This document shows, one piece after another, positions 48,550 through 57,718 of a stretch of DNA of 64,000 bases. How positions within the stretch are numbered: the first letter of the stretch is position 1; each line of letters starts with the position of its first letter. Below the pieces are notes generated by a model. It did no database searches, was not told the origin of the DNA, and worked only from the letters and a program-made list of their open reading frames with translations. This DNA comes from Candidatus Multivoradales bacterium (lineage in GTDB: Bacteria; Acidobacteriota; Thermoanaerobaculia; Multivoradales; J023): assembly GCA_965248925.1 (NCBI GenBank), contig CBDFLE010000005.1, positions 896,001-960,000 on the forward strand, written 5' to 3'. Made by a program: the position numbers and the translations under genes.

Positions 48550-48771
48550 CTACCGCCCTCCCCAAGCCGGCGTCTCATCGTCGAGCTCTCGCCGCACCAC
48601 CTGCAGCCGCCCATCTTGCCCCGACACCCGCACCCCATCCCCAGGAGCAAATCCCGCCTCTGCCAGCCACGAGCCCACCAGCAGCAGGAGCGGCGATGGC
48701 CGCTCCAGAGCCGGCGGCGCCGGCCAACCGGGGCGATAGAAGCCCGACACCCGAAGTTTCTGTTCAGACAT
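48550..48771 (-). CDS. SymE-like protein 2, allele C
   Basis: MSEQKLRV...PLLLLVGSWLAEAGFAPGDGVRV. Confidence 0.8.
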   Translation of the reverse strand: MSEQKLRVSGFYRPGWPAPPALERPSPLLLLVGSWLAEAGFAPGDGVRVSGQDGRLQVVRRELDDETPAWGGR

Positions 48772-48976
48772 CCGCTGGCTCCACCACCAGGCGATCCGAC
48801 TCGACCACCACCCGCACCTTCGAGCCAATCTCAAATCCCGCCGATTCCAGCCACCGGCCTGAGAGCCGCAGGAAGGGCACCGGATGCTGTCGCCGAGACT
48901 GGCGTAGTGAGCGATAGCCCGAAGGGAATGATGAGGCTGGGTAGAGGCTAGAGACGGTCAAAGTGCGGTCGATCAT
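48764..48976 (-). CDS. SymE-like protein 1, allele C
   Basis: GGAGGAGG RBS; VPFLRLSGRWLESAGFEIGSKVRVVVESDRLVV. Confidence 0.85.
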   Translation of the reverse strand: MIDRTLTVSSLYPASSFPSGYRSLRQSRRQHPVPFLRLSGRWLESAGFEIGSKVRVVVESDRLVVEPADV

Positions 48977-49091
48977 GGGTTCCTCCTCCGGGCGGTGCAG
49001 GCCGCCGTAAACTGTCAATGGACTCTTTCGTCATGATTATTATAGACTAATAAGTACTGACAATACAAGACACAAGAGAGGAGAACCTACA
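48977..49091. promoter_or_regulatory. Divergent symE/xre control region, allele C
   Basis: AT-rich palindrome GTCA-tga-TTATTA-tagac-TAATAA-gtac-TGAC (49030..49061). Confidence 0.55.
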
Positions 49092-49481
49092 ATGACCTTG
49101 CAGGCCAATACCATCGCCGAGGTCGCTATGGATCAGTTCGCTGGAAGACTACGAGAGCATAGGGAGAGCCGGAAGTTGACCCAGGCTCGGCTAGCTGAGC
49201 TTCTGGAGGTCAGCCCTAGAGTCTACAACCGCTGGGAAACCGCTGCCGCGGCGCCCCGCCTAGACACTGTCGTCAGGATTGCTGACATCTTAGAGGTCAG
49301 TATCGATGAACTAGTCGGACGCAAGGAACCTCAGGAGCCGCAGTTCCGGCTCCACAACCCCAAGCTTCATCAGCTGTACCAGGAAATCGACCGCCTCTCT
49401 GACGAGGACCAGCAGGCCCTCGTCATCCTCCTCGACTCCCTCGTCAAGCGGTCGCAGATGGGGCAGGTTCTGGCGGGCTGA
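49092..49481 (+). CDS. XRE regulator, allele C
   Basis: RLREHRESRKLTQARLAELLEVSPRVYNRWE...LEVSIDELVG. Confidence 0.9.
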   Translation: MTLQANTIAEVAMDQFAGRLREHRESRKLTQARLAELLEVSPRVYNRWETAAAAPRLDTVVRIADILEVSIDELVGRKEPQEPQFRLHNPKLHQLYQEIDRLSDEDQQALVILLDSLVKRSQMGQVLAG

Positions 49482-49549
49482 AAGCCCTTCTCGTTTCACG
49501 GGCCTACGCAACACGACTGGCGCTGACGAAAAGGCTCAGATACACAGTA

Positions 49550-49567
49550 GCCCGGCCAAAGCCGGGC
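49550..49567. terminator. Hairpin between convergent xre and immunity genes
   Basis: GCCCGGC-caaa-GCCGGGC; an analogous CCCGG-ctctca-CCGGG lies at 32218..32233. Confidence 0.4.
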
Positions 49568-49608
49568 CCCTATGAAACGGCCTGGGCCTTTTCCGGTCGC
49601 CTCGACCG

Positions 49609-50136
49609 CTATGGAGCCATCCGCCTAAGAGTCGGCTCCAACCAAGTGGCGTTCGCGTTGTCGGACCAGGCGTCACGCAGCATGCGAATATCATCTGCCC
49701 ATCCCTGGTAGTGATCGTCGAGCGCAGTCATGAAAGCCTTGGTACCGCCAATCACCGCATGCATTTCGTGTGAGATCAAGACCCCCCAGCGCCCGTCTTT
49801 GGAGTACAAGGCATTTTCCAACGTTAGGTGCCGGTCACAATACTCTTGATATGAGGGAATGCTGCATGACCAATGCCCCCACTCTCTGTCGAGAAAAGCA
49901 AGTTCTTCGGACTCGACGACCGACAGGAAGAAGGTTCTCTCGCCAACTCTTTGAATGGCGCCTAAGACGGCCGAATACTGTTCTATGGTCAGATGGCATC
50001 CGTCCGTCGGATAGAAGACACGGCCAACTTCGAACTCCTGGCCGAAAGGCCATGTGAACGCATCATTGGTCTTGAAAACACGTCGCCAAGCTGACCGTAT
50101 CGCCGGTAGATCGGTTGTTTCAATCACGCCAGTCAT
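49609..50136 (-). CDS. Putative immunity protein C
   Basis: ATG 1 nt after the toxin C stop; 175 aa; lower GC. Confidence 0.75.
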   Translation of the reverse strand: MTGVIETTDLPAIRSAWRRVFKTNDAFTWPFGQEFEVGRVFYPTDGCHLTIEQYSAVLGAIQRVGERTFFLSVVESEELAFLDREWGHWSCSIPSYQEYCDRHLTLENALYSKDGRWGVLISHEMHAVIGGTKAFMTALDDHYQGWADDIRMLRDAWSDNANATWLEPTLRRMAP

Positions 50137-50137
50137 C

Positions 50138-51193
50138 TCACTGCTCCAGGAACTTGATTTTGCGGAGACCCTTTTCAATCCCGTGAACATCTACGGTCGG
50201 TGGCCCGCCACTCTTCGACGTCGCTCGGAACGTCACCGTCGCCCCATTAGGCCCACGCGCAGTGAAGATGCCCGGTCTGACTTCTGTCACCGGGTTCGAC
50301 CCCCTCAAGTTGTCGAATAGCTTGCGAGCGTCGCCCGCGTCCCCGGCAACTTCTCGAATGCCCTTGCTCTTGCCCGCGCGCCCAAGAGAAGTCAGTCCCC
50401 CCCTTGCGCCCGCTCTTGCTGCGCCAGCAGCAGCAGCTGATTTTTTCAGTTTCTTTGCATTTCTAACGGCTCCTACGAGTTTCACTCCCCTACCGGCAAC
50501 CTTCAAGAGTCCTAGACCTGTGGCACCGGCCACAGCCCCAGTGACGAAAGCCCCGGCTACGCCTGTTGTGAGCTCTTCTCCTGAAAGCGCGTTGCTCGCA
50601 ATTTGAATCCCAACATCTACGACTCCGCCAAGAAATGCAGTTACCAGAAAGCCAAGCCTTCCGTCAGGGTCTACCTGGTTGATTGGACTGTTGCTCACGT
50701 AAGAGAAGCGATTCCAACTCTGTGGTGAGGACCGGCTACCCAGAGATGGATCGACACTCAAGAACCGCCCCACCACCGGGCTGCAATGCCGAGCATGCAT
50801 ATAGTCCAGCTCGCTCCTCACCCCGGTCCCGGTCTTGTCTCGCTCGTGCCCGGTGAACTTCAGCACAACCTCATCTTGTGCGGCGCTGGTCGCCTCTTGA
50901 CCAAACGGGTAGTAGTTGTGCAACGCCACCTGCTGTCCGCCTCGGGTGAAGGGGACAGCCCGACGCGGTTTCCAGCTTGAGAGCTGGTAACCCTCTATGC
51001 CTGTTCTACTTAAGCCTCGCTCGGCCCTACTGCCGGCGGGGTCTTGGTGCTCGAAGGTCCAGAGGCGAGTTTCGGCGTAGCTCGACTCGGAGATCGGCGC
51101 GATCGCTGTTGCCGGCATCGTCACCGCCAGGAGCGCGACGACCAGCCCGAGCGCCATCGTCCAAGTGCTTCTTCCTTTAGCTGCCTGCCTCAT
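50138..51193 (-). CDS. Mini-Rhs toxin C
   Basis: Same leader; core ending NSPINQVDPDG; Gly/Ala hydrophobic linker, then a basic tip (VTFRATSKSGGPPTVDV...KIKF). Confidence 0.85.
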   Translation of the reverse strand: MRQAAKGRSTWTMALGLVVALLAVTMPATAIAPISESSYAETRLWTFEHQDPAGSRAERGLSRTGIEGYQLSSWKPRRAVPFTRGGQQVALHNYYPFGQEATSAAQDEVVLKFTGHERDKTGTGVRSELDYMHARHCSPVVGRFLSVDPSLGSRSSPQSWNRFSYVSNSPINQVDPDGRLGFLVTAFLGGVVDVGIQIASNALSGEELTTGVAGAFVTGAVAGATGLGLLKVAGRGVKLVGAVRNAKKLKKSAAAAGAARAGARGGLTSLGRAGKSKGIREVAGDAGDARKLFDNLRGSNPVTEVRPGIFTARGPNGATVTFRATSKSGGPPTVDVHGIEKGLRKIKFLEQ

Positions 51194-51670
51194 GCCGGGC
51201 CATTCTACGCCGCGGGTGGCGCTCGAAGACAGCGGCTAAAGGAGGAAGGGTGGTTGGTGCGGAGGCGGGATGCGGTTTTCTTAGGCCGCTTTCTTCGGGC
51301 AGTGGGTGTTTTCTTAGGTCGTTTTCGTCGGGCTGGTCGTCGGAGCGAGCGCGGGTCTTTCCGGCAGTTTGGTGCCGGCGGCGCAGCCGCCAAACCAATC
51401 TGCACGTTGGGGGCGTGGTGGCGGCGGGGCCGGAGCCGAGCACGGCGACCGCAGGGCGCCGCGCGCAGGGTACGGAGGCCACGACGCAGGGCGGGTCTTG
51501 GGAGGAGGATGGGGAGCCCCCTTGAGGGGGCGGACGGGGCCGGGCCGAGCCGTCGCAGTGCTGGCTGGTGGATCTCGGCAAGGAGGCCCGGAGCGGGGCG
51601 TGGTTCCGAAGCCGCTGACCATCGCAGGCTCGCGGAGTGCTCACCCCAAGTTCCCTCTGTGCCAATGTAG

Positions 51671-52135
51671 GTGAGACACTCCCGTACCGATAAATTAGTG
51701 AGGGCGTGGAGAGCAAACACCATGGCGAGTCCAAGCCACGAGCTGCGAGATATGAGTGCTGACCGACCAGATCCCGAGGTAACTGAGAAGGCGAAGCGGC
51801 GGCGGTACAGCGCGTCGTACAAGCTGAGCATCGTCCAGGCCGCCGACGCCTGTAGCAAAGCCGGCGAGATTGGCGCCCTGCTTCGCCGGGAGGGTCTGTA
51901 TTCCTCACTCCTATCGAAGTGGCGCCAGCAACGCGATGCCAGTGCTCTGGCCGGTCTGTCGAAGAAGCGCGGTCGCAAGCGTCGACCGGTCTCTGCCGAG
52001 GCCCGCCGCGTCGCGGAGCTTGAGCGTGAGAATGCCCGGCTCAAGCATCAGCTGTACAAAGCCGAGACGATCATCGATGTCCAAAAAAAACTTTCCCGGC
52101 TGCTAGGGATCGAGCCGAGCGAGAGCCAGCCATGA
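51671..52135 (+). CDS. IS3 transposase OrfA
   Basis: As 42347..42811 except for a short divergent patch. Confidence 0.85.
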   Translation: MRHSRTDKLVRAWRANTMASPSHELRDMSADRPDPEVTEKAKRRRYSASYKLSIVQAADACSKAGEIGALLRREGLYSSLLSKWRQQRDASALAGLSKKRGRKRRPVSAEARRVAELERENARLKHQLYKAETIIDVQKKLSRLLGIEPSESQP

Positions 52136-53253
52136 GCGCTGTGGCGCCGCTGGCCGAGACGGTGGGGGTGCAAGCAGCCTGCGTCGCCTTGGCGGTCCCC
52201 AGAGCCACTTTCTATCGCCGCCGTCGGCAGCAGAGCGCAGGGCCGCAGCTATCAACGCGGCCTCGACCGCCGCTGGCATTGACGCCCGCTGAACGCCAGG
52301 AGGTCCTCGATGTGTTGCACTCGGAGCGCTTCGTCGACCGCTCGCCGCGTCAAGTCTGGGCGGCGCTGCTGGACGAGGATCAGCGCCATATCTGCTCGGT
52401 GCGCACCATGTACCGGGTCCTGGAGTCTGAGGGCGAGCTGCGCGAGCGACGCCGTCAGCGGCGTCATCCCAACTACACCAAGCCCGAACTGCTGGCCACA
52501 GGGCCGAACGAGGTGTGGTCGTGGGACATCACCAAGCTCAAGGGCCCGGTGAAGTGGACCCACTACTACCTTTACGTAATTCTGGACGTCTTCAGCCGCT
52601 ACATCGTCGGCTGGATGCTCGCCTGCCGCGAGTCCGGAGGGCTCGCGAAGCGGTTGATCGCCGACAGTGTTGAGAAGCAAGGTGTTGAGCGAGATCGACT
52701 TACCTTGCACTCGGACCGCGGTTCGAGCATGACATCCAAGCCAGTGGCTCTACTGCTGGCCGATCTCGGGATGACACGGTCGCTGAACCGGCCCTACACG
52801 AGCAACGACAATCCGTTCTCTGAGGCCCAGTTCAAGACGCTCAAGTACCATCCGAGCTTTCCCGACCGCTTCGGATCACTGGAAGATGCACGAGCATTCT
52901 GCCGCTCGTTCATCGGCTGGTACAACACGCAGCACTACCACACAGGACTCGGCTTGTTGACGCCAGAGACCGTCCACTACGGCCTCACGGCCTCAGTACT
53001 GGAGCAACGTCGAGAAGTCCTCGCCGCCGCCTCAGCCGCTCATCCAAGCCGCTTCAAGCGGCGAGCGCCGGCTTTGCCGGAGCCCAGTGACAAGGTCTGG
53101 ATCAACCCGCCGACCACCGCCGCCAGCACTGACCCAGTCGATACCGAGAACGTAGTGACACACCGCGTACACAACGACGCACCAGGCGAGACCCCTGGCT
53201 GCGCGCCCTCGCTGAAAGCGATGGTGCCGGAGCCACTACCGATTCCGTACTAA
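52132..53253 (+). CDS. IS3 transposase OrfB
   Basis: Protein identical to 42808..43929. Confidence 0.92.
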   Translation: MSAVAPLAETVGVQAACVALAVPRATFYRRRRQQSAGPQLSTRPRPPLALTPAERQEVLDVLHSERFVDRSPRQVWAALLDEDQRHICSVRTMYRVLESEGELRERRRQRRHPNYTKPELLATGPNEVWSWDITKLKGPVKWTHYYLYVILDVFSRYIVGWMLACRESGGLAKRLIADSVEKQGVERDRLTLHSDRGSSMTSKPVALLLADLGMTRSLNRPYTSNDNPFSEAQFKTLKYHPSFPDRFGSLEDARAFCRSFIGWYNTQHYHTGLGLLTPETVHYGLTASVLEQRREVLAAASAAHPSRFKRRAPALPEPSDKVWINPPTTAASTDPVDTENVVTHRVHNDAPGETPGCAPSLKAMVPEPLPIPY

Positions 53254-53892
53254 TTCCCAGAAGAAAGTGTCTCACTTTCATTGACACATTCCGGTTTCCA
53301 TAATGCACGCGTTATGGAAAGGCCGTAGGCCCGGAGCCGGGGCGTGTGAGGGCCAGGTCGGATAGGGCGCGCACTATCGGACAGCGACCCATGCAAGCCG
53401 CGTGACATCTGGGAGGTCCGAGGAGGGGCCCAGGTGGCGCGCGGCTTGCGGAGCGGCTGGCCCGTGCCCGGAGGGAGCGCAGCGACCGGAGGGACACACG
53501 CCCCGGCGGAGCTTGGGGCGAGCTTTCGGAGACTCTTTGCCTATTCCGACGAAACTGACCAGCCATTCCGATCGAAACCGACCACTTGTCGGAGCGAAGC
53601 GACGCTGGCGCTCTCCTCAGTTGTAAGTGTCCACTTTCGCTGTAGCTGGAGCCCTCCTTCCGGCTCTTCTTCTTGATTGATTGTATTCAAATAACCCGTC
53701 GTCGGGGCTGTGCGTAGCTGTGGGAAACGCAGGTTGGGGGGCAGGGGGGCGTTTTCCAAGCGGTTGTGGGAATCGCAGAGCGATTTCCACAACCGCGGCA
53801 GCTTCCACAGTCCATCTTGGGTCGGGTCCGGATCGGGCCGCAGGCCCGCTGATGGGTCAGGATCGGCGATCGCTTCAGCATGCTCTTGGATC

Positions 53893-54657
53893 TCACCTTG
53901 CCTCTCGCTGGGCGGCCTTGCGAATACCGCCGGCTCTCTTCGCCCGCATGGAGTCACCGTCCACCGCGAGCTTGTAGGCGCCGTGGACAATGCGATCGAG
54001 GATGGCGTCGGCCAAGGTCGGATCGCCGATGACCTCGTACCAGCTCTCAACCGGTAGCTGGGAGGTCACCAGCGTGGAGCGGTTGCCGTAGCGGTCCTCA
54101 AGAATCTCGAGCAGGTCGCGCCGCTCGCTGGCCCCGATCGGCGCCAGCCCCCAGTCGTCGAGGATGAGCAGGTCTGTGCGAGCATAGCTCTTGAGCAGCT
54201 TCTCGTAGCTACCATCACCCCGCGCGATGGCGAGCTGGCGAAACAGCCTCGGCACCCGCAGGTACAAAGCGGTGTAACCCTCCCGACATGCCTTGTGCGC
54301 GAAGGCGCAGGCGAGAAAGGTCTTGCCCACCCCGGCCTTGCCGGTGATCAGCACGTTGAGATGCTCGGCGATCCACTGGCACGAGGCCAGGCGCAGGATC
54401 TGGCCTTTGTCCAGGCCCCTCTTGGCTCGCCAGTCGATGTCTTCGATGGCCGCCTGCTCGCGCAGCTTGGCTTTTCGCAACCGCGCTATCAAGCGGCGGC
54501 TGGATCGCTCGGTCGCTTCGCGCTCGACCAGCAGCCCGAGGCGCTCTTCGAAGGAGAGCTCTGAGACATCGACCATCGACAGCTGCTCCTCAAAGGCTTT
54601 GGCCATACCGTGGAGCTTGAGCGCGGCGAGTTGATCGAGCGTCGCGTGCCTCAGCAT
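53893..54657 (-). CDS. istB: IS21 helper AAA+ ATPase
   Basis: GKAGVGKT Walker A, LLILDDWG, TSQLP, ADAILDRIVH; start MLRHAT overlaps the istA end. Confidence 0.95.
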   Translation of the reverse strand: MLRHATLDQLAALKLHGMAKAFEEQLSMVDVSELSFEERLGLLVEREATERSSRRLIARLRKAKLREQAAIEDIDWRAKRGLDKGQILRLASCQWIAEHLNVLITGKAGVGKTFLACAFAHKACREGYTALYLRVPRLFRQLAIARGDGSYEKLLKSYARTDLLILDDWGLAPIGASERRDLLEILEDRYGNRSTLVTSQLPVESWYEVIGDPTLADAILDRIVHGAYKLAVDGDSMRAKRAGGIRKAAQREAR

Positions 54658-56225
54658 GGCGGCGTCTCCTCGCGGCGCGCGGCACTGTAGTAGCTGGCGC
54701 CGCGGACGTTGCGGTGCTCGATCGGCGCCGTCACTTCGGTGGGCTCGGGCGCTGCTTGCTGGTCCAGGCCGCTCTTCAGGATCGACTTCACGCTCTTGTA
54801 GGACAGGCCGTGAATGGCGAGCGCGCGGCGGCACGCAGCCTCCAAACGATTGGCACCATAGGTCTTGCCCAGGCGCATCAGCCCCAGACACGAGCGAAAG
54901 CCGTGCTGAGGATGGGAGCGGTTAAGCATGATGGTCTCCACCAGTTCGGCCGTCGCCTGGCCTGTTTTCGCCGCCCAGCTGATCAGCCGTGTCGGTGTCC
55001 ACTCCAGGTACGCCTGGTGCGCTTTGGGCATGTGCTCGCTTTGGGTCGTGTGCCGGCCCCGACACCGATTCCGGCGATGAGCAGCCACACGCTTGCCGCG
55101 ATCGAGCACCTCCACCAGTTGCGCCGTCGCCCGCAGATCGAGCTGCTTCTTGATCAGCTGGTACGGCACACTGTAATAGTGGCCCTCGAACTCGACGTGG
55201 TAGTCCGGGGCAACGCGTACCTTCTTCCATTCGGCAAGCTCGTAGGGCTGGAGCGGCAAAGCACCCAGAGCAGGACGATCGACCTGCTCGAACAGCGCTC
55301 GGCGCGAGACGCCCAACACCTTCAGCGGACGGTCGTTAAGCTCGACCAGAAGCTTCGCGATGCTCTCGTTGAGCTCTCGCAGGCTGAAGAACTGCTGGTT
55401 ACGCAGCCGGGCCAGAATCCAGCGCTCCACTTGCAATACACCGTTTTCGACCTTCGCCTTGTCTTGGGGCTTCCTCACCCGCGCCGGCACCACCGCCACG
55501 CCGTAGTGCTCGGCCAACTCCGCGTAGGTGCGATTGATCTCCGGCTCGTAGCGGCACGGGCTGGTCACGCCGCTCTTCAGATTGTCCGGCACCACCAGCT
55601 CGCTCACCCCGCCCAGAGCCGCGAAGGTCCGCACATGAGAGCCGAGCCAGTCCTCCAGGCCCTGGCTCCACGTTGCCTCGGCATAGGTGTAGTTGCTCGC
55701 CCCCAGCACCGCCACGAAGATCTGCGCTTCGCGCTCTTTGCCAGTCGCCGGGTCGATCACCCTCACGGTCTGTCCGGCGTAGTCGACGAACAGCTTCTCG
55801 CCCGCCCGGTAGGCTTGGCGCAGGCACACATCCAGGCGACCTTCCCAGATCCGGTACAGCTGACAGAAGCGGCTGAAACCGTAGCCGTCGGGATGGTCCT
55901 CCCGGTACTCTTGCCACAGCAGCGACAGGGTTACGCCCTTCTTCTTCAGCTCGCCATGCACCTTGGTCCAGTCGGGCAAGGCTCGCTGACTACCCCTCCG
56001 AAGCGGCTGCGGCCGAGGGTACAGGCGTTGCTCCAGCTCAGCGTCGCTCAAAGCTGCTACTTGCTCCCAGCTCAGGCCTTCAACCTTGGCTCGCAGCAGG
56101 TAGTTGCACACCGTCCCGTGGCCCAGCCGAACCGACCGTCCGATCTGGCGGTGCGACAGGCCATGCTGCCATTTCAGTCTCAGTACCTCGCGTATCTTGC
56201 GCATCGATGTCCTCACTCTCGGCAT
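54651..56225 (-). CDS. istA: IS21 DDE transposase
   Basis: N-terminal HTH, FVDYAG, VPDNLKSGV, PQDKAKVE, YSVPY. Confidence 0.95.
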   Translation of the reverse strand: MPRVRTSMRKIREVLRLKWQHGLSHRQIGRSVRLGHGTVCNYLLRAKVEGLSWEQVAALSDAELEQRLYPRPQPLRRGSQRALPDWTKVHGELKKKGVTLSLLWQEYREDHPDGYGFSRFCQLYRIWEGRLDVCLRQAYRAGEKLFVDYAGQTVRVIDPATGKEREAQIFVAVLGASNYTYAEATWSQGLEDWLGSHVRTFAALGGVSELVVPDNLKSGVTSPCRYEPEINRTYAELAEHYGVAVVPARVRKPQDKAKVENGVLQVERWILARLRNQQFFSLRELNESIAKLLVELNDRPLKVLGVSRRALFEQVDRPALGALPLQPYELAEWKKVRVAPDYHVEFEGHYYSVPYQLIKKQLDLRATAQLVEVLDRGKRVAAHRRNRCRGRHTTQSEHMPKAHQAYLEWTPTRLISWAAKTGQATAELVETIMLNRSHPQHGFRSCLGLMRLGKTYGANRLEAACRRALAIHGLSYKSVKSILKSGLDQQAAPEPTEVTAPIEHRNVRGASYYSAARREETPPC

Positions 56226-56644
56226 CCAATCCTCCTTTCAAGGAGGCTGGAATACCCCAATTGTGAGGAGCGCGCTACCGTCGAACTCCGCCGTGGCCAG
56301 GATTCCGATCCAATCTGACCACCCATTCCGATCGACCCGGAAAAGTGGTCACTTTCGATCGGAATCGATGGTCAGATTCCGTTGGAATCACTGGTCACTT
56401 TCAATCGGAATCGGTGGTCGGTTTCCGTCGGTGCAGGCAGACTCTTTTCTTGGACTACCTGAAGCCTCGCTCCGGGCCGGTGATCGGAGGGCTCAGGTGG
56501 TGGATCGCAGATGCTCGGGCCGGGGCGGGCAGGGGTGACAAAACAAACACCGCCGAGGGCTGCGTGGCCCGCGAACGGAGGACGGCGCAGCCGGCCGCAG
56601 CGCGGGACGCGCAGACCCGGACCGCTTCGGGTGGCGGGCGGGGG

Positions 56645-57718
56645 TCAGTCCTCCGCCTCGGTCTCGACTACATCGAGTAAGTCCTCGGCGGTCACTTCAT
56701 CGCTGCCGTCTTCTTCTGTCGGCGGTGCCACCCGCCGCCCTAGCTTCGCGCCCGGATGGGTTGCCGAGTGGATCGACTTCAGTTTGCGGATCGATACCTG
56801 AGTGTAAATCTGCGTCGTCTCCAGCTTGGCATGGCCGAGCATCTGCTGAATGAAGCGGATATCCGCACCACCTTCGAGCATCAGCGTCGCCATCGTGTGG
56901 CGGAAGAGATGGCAAGCGCCCGACTTGCCGAGATCGGCGGCGAGCACGTAGCCGCGCACCAGCTGACTCATTCGCGACGGAGCAAACGGCGTCCCCTGGT
57001 TGGTGAGAAAGAGCGTCCCGCCGTCCGGCTCGACCATCAGCGACGGCCGTACCTCAGTGACGTAGCGATCGATCCAGGCCAGCGCCCGCTCGCCGATCGG
57101 GATCATCCAGTCTTTCCGCCCCTTGCCCTGGCGCACCATCACCGTTCCGCGTTCGATGTCGAGATCGTAACGGCCGAGGCCGATCAGCTCAGCCCGGCGC
57201 ATGCCGGTCGAGTAGAAGACTTCAAGGATCGTCCGGTCGCGCATCCCGAGCGGGTCGACGGTGTCGGGCTGGTTGAGCACCTGGTCGGCTTCAGAGGCGG
57301 TCAGCACCGCCGCCGGCAGCCGGTGCTCCAGCTTCGGTAGCTCCAGCTCCGAGGCCGGGTTGTAGAGCAGGTGGTTGGCCCGAGTCGCCCACTTGAAGAA
57401 AGCCCGCACCGGCACCAGCCGCGAGTGCTGCGCCCGGAAAGACAGCGGCCGCCCGTCCCCAGGCTTGCGGTAGTGGTAGAGCCACCTGGCGTAGCGCTCC
57501 AGGATCGGCTTGGTCACTTCCGACGGCCGCGACACCCCACGCTCTTCACACCATGCGATGAGAAACGAGAGGTATAGATGCCGGTTCTCAACGGTTCGTG
57601 GAGAGTAGTTCTTGATCGCCATCCACTCCAGGTACTGGCCGGCCATCACCGCGAAACCCCGAGGGTCGGTTGGATTGCCCGGCAAGAGGCGGATCTTGCG
57701 CTCGCCACGGCGCGGCAT
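56645..57718 (-). CDS. Tyrosine recombinase, unit C2
   Basis: Identical to 44412..45485. Confidence 0.95.
   Translation of the reverse strand: MPRRGERKIRLLPGNPTDPRGFAVMAGQYLEWMAIKNYSPRTVENRHLYLSFLIAWCEERGVSRPSEVTKPILERYARWLYHYRKPGDGRPLSFRAQHSRLVPVRAFFKWATRANHLLYNPASELELPKLEHRLPAAVLTASEADQVLNQPDTVDPLGMRDRTILEVFYSTGMRRAELIGLGRYDLDIERGTVMVRQGKGRKDWMIPIGERALAWIDRYVTEVRPSLMVEPDGGTLFLTNQGTPFAPSRMSQLVRGYVLAADLGKSGACHLFRHTMATLMLEGGADIRFIQQMLGHAKLETTQIYTQVSIRKLKSIHSATHPGAKLGRRVAPPTEEDGSDEVTAEDLLDVVETEAED

Larger units (their letters stand above)
51653..53293 (+). mobile_element. IS3-family element, intact, 1641 bp, TSD GTT, at the same site as 42329..43969
   Basis: Same ends and insertion point. Confidence 0.95.
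53538..56439 (-). mobile_element. IS21-family element, 2902 bp, with 7-bp target duplication GACTCTT
   Basis: TG...CA ends (TGCCTATTCCGACG / CGTCGGTGCAGGCA) with multiple subterminal repeats; the empty site is present in the other units. Confidence 0.95.

Noticed and set aside
54714-56318. 534-aa plus-strand ORF
   Set aside because: Antisense shadow of istA in GC-rich DNA; no recognisable motifs.
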